The notes under the pieces are model-generated. The model made no database searches. It was not told the origin of the DNA and saw nothing but the letters and a program-made list of their open reading frames with translations. Below, in pieces: positions 57,068 through 64,000 of a stretch of DNA of 64,000 nt. Every line of letters starts with the position of its first letter. The first letter of the stretch is position 1. Made by a program: the position numbers and the translations under genes. Origin of the DNA: a virus; the IMG/VR virus record IMGVR_UViG_3300030331_006142, positions 32,001 through 96,000 of that record. The stretch is one strand, 5' to 3'.

Positions 57068-57403
57068 TTATTCAAAATCCTCCTCAATTATATCATATAA
57101 AAAGCTTTCTTCTTCAGTAGACAAAGCTAAATCTGAAAGAATCTCTTGGCCAAGGTTATAATCCCTTTGTGTGGCTTTGCGTTTTCTCTTCCCCATTGTG
57201 CTGCATTTTTGTTTAATTTTGTTTACAGCTAACAAAACATTTTCATCTTTCTCCAAGTAAAGCTTAACAATTCCTCGAAAAAAATCACCTTGCGTAATGG
57301 AGTCGTATCGCAAGCGAACAATCATTCTTGCGTGATTCTCGTCATCACTCTCAAAAACAATTTTTTTACTTTTCATTTCTGAGGATGTGAGTACTACTTT
57401 CAA
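57068..57403 (-). CDS. Hypothetical protein
   Basis: ORF track; start likely 57376. Confidence 0.65.
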   Translation of the reverse strand: MKVVLTSSEMKSKKIVFESDDENHARMIVRLRYDSITQGDFFRGIVKLYLEKDENVLLAVNKIKQKCSTMGKRKRKATQRDYNLGQEILSDLALSTEEESFLYDIIEEDFE

Positions 57404-58412
57404 CCTGGCCGGCGTTGCTCTGCTTTATGAACCGAGCTCGGACTTGGAGCTCTCGAATACTCCTAGCTCCAGAGTAAGAAAGCCCAGATTTCACATTTCT
57501 GGCCACCTTGTCCAACAACTCCTCTATGGGACCCTTGTATTGTACAGTTGTTGATACACCTTCTAAAGAACGCGCATTTCCCCTCCAAGCAATCTGAGCT
57601 TCTGGTGAGGCCATTCCTCTGTAGACCTTATATTTATTACTCTCTGAAGTGTTCAGCACTTCACCCGGGGTTGCATCTGTGCCTGCTAACATTGAACCCA
57701 GCATTACGAAGTCGGCGCCGGCGCCAAGGGCCTTGACGATGTCCCCGGAATTCTTTATGCCGCCGTCGGCAATAATGGTCGCACCATCAACCAATGAGCA
57801 ATCCAAAATGGATTGGAAGGTAGGCACTCCGTGCCCTGTCTGAATTCTGGTTGAGCATATGGAGCCTCCGCCGATTCCAATCCGAACTGCATCGGCGCCC
57901 CAAGATGACAGTTCCATGTATGCTTCGGGTGTTGCAACGTTGCCCGCCATAATAAGCACGTCTTCGCCGTAGGAGTCCTTAAGAGTTTTTAGTGCTGACT
58001 CTACCAATGTGTGGTGACCATGCGCGACGTCAATACACAAGATTCTTACACCGGCAGAAATTAGGAGTTTAGCTCTTTTAAGGTAATCGTCAGTGGTACC
58101 AATAGCTGCCGATAGTCGCTCTGAGTAAGGATGTGACTCTTCTTCAAGTCTCATCTTGACGGATGCGAACGTACTTGCTTGAGATACCGGCAAGTTGTAC
58201 CTATGCAATATGCCTAGGCCATTAAGTTTGGCCATGGCGTACATCATCTCCGATTCTGTCACGGTGTCCATTGGGCTAGATATAATTGGCAAGGCGAATT
58301 CGCAGTCTCCAATACTAGATGCCAAAGACACTTCTTCTCTTGTATTTATCGAGCTTTTCTGTGGCTCAAGCAACACATCATCAAAACAATGAGCCTGTTT
58401 AATTTTTAACAT
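57366..58412 (-). CDS. guaB: IMP dehydrogenase/GMP reductase family, no CBS domains
   Basis: FDDVLL.P, SPMDTV, DVAHGH, GIGGGSICSTR, IIADGG, YRGMAS. Confidence 0.88.
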   Translation of the reverse strand: MLKIKQAHCFDDVLLEPQKSSINTREEVSLASSIGDCEFALPIISSPMDTVTESEMMYAMAKLNGLGILHRYNLPVSQASTFASVKMRLEEESHPYSERLSAAIGTTDDYLKRAKLLISAGVRILCIDVAHGHHTLVESALKTLKDSYGEDVLIMAGNVATPEAYMELSSWGADAVRIGIGGGSICSTRIQTGHGVPTFQSILDCSLVDGATIIADGGIKNSGDIVKALGAGADFVMLGSMLAGTDATPGEVLNTSESNKYKVYRGMASPEAQIAWRGNARSLEGVSTTVQYKGPIEELLDKVARNVKSGLSYSGARSIRELQVRARFIKQSNAGQVESSTHILRNEK

Positions 58413-58413
58413 T

Positions 58414-58644
58414 TTAGGATTCTCCCTCTGTTCCATCTAAGCAATTAAGGCACTTCAAAAGTATACTGTCATCTTTTTTTGTCATGTGCCATTCATCTAT
58501 ATTCTCTCCGGGTAAGGGCTGATATCCACAATAAGCACACTGAACCCTGTCTTTGTACTCTTTCATTCTTTTTTTGAATTCTTTCATAAAAGCTTTTTTC
58601 GCAAAAAGAAGCTGCTTTCTCTTAACTTTTCTCGCAATACCCAT
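58414..58644 (-). CDS. Small zinc-ribbon protein
   Basis: CAYC...CLNC. Confidence 0.7.
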   Translation of the reverse strand: MGIARKVKRKQLLFAKKAFMKEFKKRMKEYKDRVQCAYCGYQPLPGENIDEWHMTKKDDSILLKCLNCLDGTEGES

Positions 58645-59099
58645 TATGTGTTCCCTGTTGAGCCCAAGGCGCCCGCGCCCCTATCAGTGGCTCCGCCGTA
58701 TAGTTCTTCGGCCGTGGTGACCTCCAATAAAGCAGGACTCTCTATCTTAATAAATACTCCTTGGGCCACTTTATGTCCCGGATGAATAATTTGTATCTCT
58801 GAGCCAATGTTATGGAGGTTAACAAATATCTCCCCTGTATAGCCTTCGTCCACAACGCAGGCGCCTGCGATGAGCGAGCGTTTCGAAGCAATTCCAGACT
58901 TATTCATAACCTGCAGCATGCAGCCCCGGGGGACCTCCATTTTTAACCCTGTTGGAAGTAGTCGCGACTCTCCAGGGGAAATTGTCACACTATCTTCAGA
59001 ATCTGGACAATAAAAAAAGTCCATGCCTGCATCTGTCCTATGAGCCCGGGTGGGTAACTTGGCTGTCGCTCGAACCCTGTAAACCTTAACTTTATTCAC
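58644..59099 (-). CDS. dut: dUTPase
   Basis: DAGMD, KSG, VVDEGYTGE, KVAQ, RGAGALGSTG. Confidence 0.95.
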   Translation of the reverse strand: MNKVKVYRVRATAKLPTRAHRTDAGMDFFYCPDSEDSVTISPGESRLLPTGLKMEVPRGCMLQVMNKSGIASKRSLIAGACVVDEGYTGEIFVNLHNIGSEIQIIHPGHKVAQGVFIKIESPALLEVTTAEELYGGATDRGAGALGSTGNT

Positions 59100-59100
59100 T

Positions 59101-59745
59101 TTAACACACCTCTCTATTAATTAAATCACTTTCTTTTATAAGGGTGTAAGTAAAACTGTTCCCCCACTTGTCTGCGGCCTTTTCACAGGTTTCCATAAAT
59201 TCATAAAAATCCCGACTGCTTTGAAACACTTGGCAGCCAGCTGAGACGCCCCCAGTGTTAATTCTGGCATCTGAGCCAAACTGCCTATGAATATTAATAC
59301 CAAACCAACCTTCTTCTTCCGGGGCGTGATAATCTGGGACTGCGTCTCTGTTATTATCTCTTACAACCCTGACCTTTGCACCGCGCTGAATGAGTGCTGT
59401 ATATTTTCTCTTGCCGTTGTGAAGGCCAATCTTGTACGTTGAACGATACTGGTCTGGTACGAGTATTGCTGTGCCTTTGTGCCGGACTGATTTGATTGGG
59501 TTCTTCAGGATGCTTGTCCCCGGCTCAGTAGTTGCTGGATATATATCACACACCCAATTGCCATTCACTTTATAGAAAACATTCAGGAAGTCGTCAAACT
59601 TTGAAGCATCTCCTGATTCATTCCTGACTCCTACGATATTCAGGTTATAATTTCCATTCTCAAAAAAAGCATACCCCTTTTGAGAGAAAGCTTTCTTATA
59701 TTGTTCTACCATAACTTTGGCAGAAAGTCCAGTTAATTTAGCCAT
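59101..59745 (-). CDS. YkuD/L,D-transpeptidase-like protein, candidate cell-wall hydrolase
   Basis: GINIH...SAGCQV His/Cys motif. Confidence 0.65.
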   Translation of the reverse strand: MAKLTGLSAKVMVEQYKKAFSQKGYAFFENGNYNLNIVGVRNESGDASKFDDFLNVFYKVNGNWVCDIYPATTEPGTSILKNPIKSVRHKGTAILVPDQYRSTYKIGLHNGKRKYTALIQRGAKVRVVRDNNRDAVPDYHAPEEEGWFGINIHRQFGSDARINTGGVSAGCQVFQSSRDFYEFMETCEKAADKWGNSFTYTLIKESDLINREVC

Positions 59746-59755
59746 TTTTATTCTC

Positions 59756-62700
59756 CTATGCTAAAAGCTTAAACATTTTTCTGACACTGAAGGTGGAAAA
59801 CCCCCAATTTGGGTCATACTTCAACCTTGCCATGTATGGTCGGTTAATATGTATGATATCCCTCTCCGGGTCAACGCCCCAGCATCTAATTGTATTAGTT
59901 TCATTGTTGTCATCAATAACCTTGACGACAAAAAAGTTTTTACCGTTCTTTGACTTCTTTAGTTTACACTCCCTTGGAATGAACCAAGTCACACCCAGCT
60001 CTGGGTCATATTCTGAAATGGGGGGGATATAAAGTTCGTTAAGTTTGTTTCTTACCGTTTCAGTTATGACAGAGCTAATCGGGAAAACACCGGTTAGATT
60101 AACTAAGGATTCGAGCTTCTCTTCTTCACTGAAGTCCCCCTCTGGTTCGTACTTTGCGATATTTTCCTCTAGGTTTTTCAGCTTCCTTGGGCGGTCGACG
60201 CAAACTGCCGACCAAAAATGGCGGAGGCCCGAGAACCTCTCGTCAACCAAGTCGTTGAGTGCTTGTGCGCGACATAGAGCATCTAGAGCCTTTTTATTGA
60301 GCTTTGAATATTTAACCTTGTCGTGAAACAAAAAGTCTTCAACCGTGTTAAATGGCCTGTGTTCAATAATCTGCTGAATAGCGACTGCGCCGAGGCCCTT
60401 GATAGATGTTAGGGGTTGGACCAATGTCTTACTATCTTCGCTAATCTCCCAATTCACACCCGAAGTGTTTATGTTCAGAGGCTCAACGATATATCCCATT
60501 GATTTTGCGGTGGCAATAGCTCTCTCTTTTCTGGTTTCGGGCTCCTTATCCAAGAAGGCAGCTAGCCATTCGGCTGGATAGTAGTTGAGTAACCAAGCGC
60601 ACTGATAGGACAAGATACAGTAAGAAACTGCATGAGATTTATTGAAGCCATAGCCTGAAAAGTATTCAAACTTGTTCCAAAGCTCTCTTGCCTCGTGCGA
60701 GGCCATACCCTTCTCGAGGCAGCCCTTATGAAATTTGTCAAAGATTTTATCTTTCTCTTCTGCAACTACCCCTGTACCTTTCTTGGTTAAGAGTTTGCGG
60801 AGCTTGTTGCCTTCATCTAGGGTCAGGTTCTTGCCAAGCTTGTGAGCCAGAAGCGCGATTTGCTCTTGAAAAATAAGAAAACCATACGTTTCCTGAGTTA
60901 CATCACGAACAGTTTGGTTCTGATACTCTACCTCATCCGGCTCTTGTTTTGCTCCGATGAACATCTTGTCAACGCCGGCTGACAGTGGGCCGGGTCGGTA
61001 GATAGAGGTAATCGCCGCAAGGTCTGTAATATTGTCTGGCTTTGCATTTTTGCAGAACGATTGTGCTCCGGGTTCTGTAAATTGGAAGATACCAGCCCAT
61101 TTGCCTTTGTGGAATACATTTCGCCAGACCTGACTGTCATCTAGGTCAATCTTGTCTGGGTGCAGATGCTCATTGTAAAAGTTCCTGACCTGTTCAAATG
61201 TTGGGTTATCGATTCCATGGTGTCTCTTTAGGATACGCTCAACGGCGCCTTCTACCATTCTAAGAGAAGCCAAACCAAGAATATCAAACTTAATAAAACC
61301 CATGGGCTCAAGATGTCTAACATTTTGTCCTTCACTCCAAGGTGTCTGACGGACACCACCACTATTAATTAGTGGCATCCACTCATCTAGTCTCTCGCCA
61401 ATCACCACACCACCGGCATGACGACTAGCAGAACGAGTCTGGCCATAGAGCGTTTCGACATGGGTCTTGATGTGTGGATATTTCTCCAAGAATTTTTGAA
61501 GCGTTTCAGAATACATCATTAGTTCTTCGAATGTCGGAGCATAAACACCAGCTGTAATGCCGTGTGCTTTCTTCGCAGGCGGCGTAGCTTCATGAACCAT
61601 CTTACTGGTCACATTGTTCACCTCTGTAAACTCAATACCATAGAACTTTGAAATGTCCTTGATAAGAGAACGAAGCTGTAATGTGTTCCAGTTAGTGATA
61701 GGCACAACTGTATCATCACCCCACTCATCAATCAGATATTCCTTCAGAACCATCGGGTCGGATACATCATAGTCAATATCTGGATAGCCTGAGCCGCCCT
61801 TGGTTAAAAACCGCTCAAACTGAAGACCATACTTGATTGGGTCAACCTGCGTAATGCCAAGAACATAAGACACCAAGGAGCCGGCGGCAGAGCCGCGCCC
61901 AGGACCAACAAGCTGTTTCTCGACAGCCATATCAGAAATAGCTTTCATTGTCAAGAAGTATTTAGAGAAGCCTCGACCATCAATGATATCGACCTCGTAC
62001 TTCAACCTCTCGGCATATTCTTTGTTCTCTGCGAGACCAAGGCTCCTAGCTCCCTCAACACATAAAGCAGCAAGAGTTTGCCCTGCCGTACTACCTTCTG
62101 GCACAACAAAGTCTGGAAGGCGAACCTCATTGTCTGGTAGAAAGTTTGCGATACGCTCGTGGGCAATATAGTAAGTTCTCTTGATGGACTCAAGAACAAG
62201 CTTGTCGTCATACTCTACTCCAACTGACTTGGAGTAATTCTTGTATGCTTCCCACATCTGGTCTCCGTTCTTGGGATACAACTCGTATCCAATCTCCTCG
62301 ACAGAAATAGGCAATTCCTCAGATAAATAATCTGGTCTGCCTTTGCCCAACCAGCCGAGGCGCTTGTATAACTCTCTGTCTTTCCAGACATTCTCATTGT
62401 AGTAGTGAGAATCCGCAGTTGATATCAAGTCGATGCCAAACTCATAGTGCATCTGAATGATATACTGGTTTAGTTCGTGCTGTTCTGGAATGTTGTTCCA
62501 CTGTAACTCGCCATACCATCGGTCACCAAAGATAGACTGCATCTTTTGTGTCGTGCTTCTCATTGCATCAAGGACAGCATCCGGGCCTTCGTCACGATTT
62601 TCCCAATAGTTTCCAGCGTATACACCACCAAGACAGGCACTGGCTGCAATGACGCCCTTGTTGTATTTCTTCAGCAAAGCATAGTCAACTCGTGGATAGC

Positions 62701-63184
62701 GATAGAAGTTATCGCCAACATAACTGGTTGAAATCATTTTGAAAATGTTTTGTAAACCTTCTTGGTCTTGCGCAAGGAGAATAAGGTGTCGTCTACGATT
62801 TAGGACAGACTTCATCTTTTTCTTTGAAGCTTCGTTCTCGACGGTTGTACCCGATGAGCCATCTTCATACTCTGACTTCTTCTTCGCTGCTGCTTTGATT
62901 TGTTCGTATTCTTTCTTCCACTTTGCAACAGATGGAATGAAATATGCCTCAACACCAAAGATTGGTTTGAAGTCTTTTCCTGACTTCTTCATTTTCTTGG
63001 CATGAAGAACTTGTCCTGCGAGACCATTAGCATTCCCATGGTCAGTAAGTGCAAGGGCGTCCATGCCATTTTCATAAGCAAAGTCCATATGTTCTGCTGG
63101 GTACCCGAGGGCGTCAAAGGGTGAGCCCGCGACGGAATGGGCATGAAGCCCGACAAAAGGAATACTAGGCTTATTTCTGGACAT
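59756..63184 (-). CDS. dnaE: DNA polymerase III alpha subunit
   Basis: PHP (LHAHS, TDHGN, ADSHY), GRGSAAGS, FERFL, PDIDYD, HAGGV, KFDILGL, YGFNKSHA. Confidence 0.97.
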   Translation of the reverse strand: MSRNKPSIPFVGLHAHSVAGSPFDALGYPAEHMDFAYENGMDALALTDHGNANGLAGQVLHAKKMKKSGKDFKPIFGVEAYFIPSVAKWKKEYEQIKAAAKKKSEYEDGSSGTTVENEASKKKMKSVLNRRRHLILLAQDQEGLQNIFKMISTSYVGDNFYRYPRVDYALLKKYNKGVIAASACLGGVYAGNYWENRDEGPDAVLDAMRSTTQKMQSIFGDRWYGELQWNNIPEQHELNQYIIQMHYEFGIDLISTADSHYYNENVWKDRELYKRLGWLGKGRPDYLSEELPISVEEIGYELYPKNGDQMWEAYKNYSKSVGVEYDDKLVLESIKRTYYIAHERIANFLPDNEVRLPDFVVPEGSTAGQTLAALCVEGARSLGLAENKEYAERLKYEVDIIDGRGFSKYFLTMKAISDMAVEKQLVGPGRGSAAGSLVSYVLGITQVDPIKYGLQFERFLTKGGSGYPDIDYDVSDPMVLKEYLIDEWGDDTVVPITNWNTLQLRSLIKDISKFYGIEFTEVNNVTSKMVHEATPPAKKAHGITAGVYAPTFEELMMYSETLQKFLEKYPHIKTHVETLYGQTRSASRHAGGVVIGERLDEWMPLINSGGVRQTPWSEGQNVRHLEPMGFIKFDILGLASLRMVEGAVERILKRHHGIDNPTFEQVRNFYNEHLHPDKIDLDDSQVWRNVFHKGKWAGIFQFTEPGAQSFCKNAKPDNITDLAAITSIYRPGPLSAGVDKMFIGAKQEPDEVEYQNQTVRDVTQETYGFLIFQEQIALLAHKLGKNLTLDEGNKLRKLLTKKGTGVVAEEKDKIFDKFHKGCLEKGMASHEARELWNKFEYFSGYGFNKSHAVSYCILSYQCAWLLNYYPAEWLAAFLDKEPETRKERAIATAKSMGYIVEPLNINTSGVNWEISEDSKTLVQPLTSIKGLGAVAIQQIIEHRPFNTVEDFLFHDKVKYSKLNKKALDALCRAQALNDLVDERFSGLRHFWSAVCVDRPRKLKNLEENIAKYEPEGDFSEEEKLESLVNLTGVFPISSVITETVRNKLNELYIPPISEYDPELGVTWFIPRECKLKKSKNGKNFFVVKVIDDNNETNTIRCWGVDPERDIIHINRPYMARLKYDPNWGFSTFSVRKMFKLLA

Positions 63185-63425
63185 TTGCAATTACGGCCTC
63201 CAAATCAGACTTAATCAAATTAAGGTCTTCTAGAATTTCTTCTTGTTTTTGTTTGTTTTGCACAATTCCACCAAACAAGTCACGAAAAAATAACTGCTGG
63301 TCTGTGCTCATTGTAGCAAAAGTAAGTGGCAGCTTGGCTGCTTCCTTCGTGTGATATGCCAAGTCATCGTAGACTTGCTCTAATGTTTCTCTATCTTTCA
63401 TTTTTTTCCTTTCAGGATTTTTCAA
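63171..63425 (-). CDS. Hypothetical protein
   Basis: Coupled ORF. Confidence 0.65.
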   Translation of the reverse strand: MKNPERKKMKDRETLEQVYDDLAYHTKEAAKLPLTFATMSTDQQLFFRDLFGGIVQNKQKQEEILEDLNLIKSDLEAVIANVQK

Positions 63426-64000
63426 ATAAAATAAGGCTTTCTCATGTTTTTGGACATGCCCTTAAAGATTAAATTACTAGCATAGAAGCTCCTCAAGGAG
63501 TCCCAACTGTCAAGTGTATAATATTTTTCTATCTCTATCATTTCTTGTACATCTATTTTATCATGTTTAAATATTTTGTCAAGTGTAAAATGCCTAGCTG
63601 ACCAACGTTCTTCGATGGGTAAGCCTTTATCCCCGCCAGTGTTACTCTCATTGAGTTGCCTGCGAAAAAGCAACCAGTCCTCAGGCGTGAAGCTGAAGGG
63701 GAGATATAAGCCATCCCTAACTGACTTTCCTTTATGAAAGCCGTATATCTTTTTGCCGGCCCTTATATCTGCGCGGTGTTTTTTCATTGCCAATGGAGAA
63801 TATATTGCACAAGGGAATGATACAAAGTAGCTGCTTGGTATTGCCCATTTTGATATTTTTTTTGAAACCACAAAAGATGTTAAAGCGCCGTGCAAAACAG
63901 ACCACCCTAAGCTATCTATCCTGTTTCTATGCTTCTGTAGAATAGGAGTATAAAATATTGAAATGTATTCTTTTTTGTAGTCGGGATATTTTTTAAAGTT
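63422..64000 (-). CDS. Hypothetical protein, 5' end beyond window
   Basis: Frame stays open from 63895 to the right edge. Confidence 0.65.
   Translation of the reverse strand, partial: NFKKYPDYKKEYISIFYTPILQKHRNRIDSLGWSVLHGALTSFVVSKKISKWAIPSSYFVSFPCAIYSPLAMKKHRADIRAGKKIYGFHKGKSVRDGLYLPFSFTPEDWLLFRRQLNESNTGGDKGLPIEERWSARHFTLDKIFKHDKIDVQEMIEIEKYYTLDSWDSLRSFYASNLIFKGMSKNMRKPYFI

Noticed and set aside
59756-63184. Intein or intron in dnaE
   Set aside because: Length and motif spacing fit an uninterrupted DnaE; no splice motifs seen

Overview
A 64 kb segment of a large (jumbo-type) tailed phage genome, standard genetic code, almost all genes on the minus strand. No capsid, terminase or portal gene is recognisable, so the phage assignment is inferred from gene content: DnaE, dUTPase, GroEL, Hsp20, ClpP, PurA, GuaB, IscU, UvsE, MoxR-AAA/VWA, a tmRNA, five tRNAs and dense small ORFs. 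There are four zones. (1) 1-22.7 kb: AT-rich putative late genes, many preceded by an ACTA(T/C/A)TTA motif and carrying shared N-terminal leaders. (2) 22.8-24.7 kb: a non-coding/inverted block with 10-bp-phased CCTAC repeats, a candidate genome terminus or origin. (3) 25-46 kb: early genes under sigma70-type promoters, including arrays of MKVGDLV mini-genes. (4) 46-64 kb: chaperone, nucleotide metabolism and replication genes. Best candidates for undescribed systems: (a) a cassette array downstream of the tmRNA in which decayed copies of the tmRNA 3' end, a promoter motif and a DNA-conserved MKLIMENW leader precede unrelated payloads, one of them ADP-ribosyltransferase-like; (b) arrays of SH3/KOW-like mini-genes joined by a ~30-bp repeat that is at once RBS, start codon and the previous gene's stop. 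A CglF-like gene, Cys-rich lipoproteins and tRNAs for A-ending codons hint at a GC-rich Myxococcota-like host. All homology calls are by-eye motif recognition; no searches were run.
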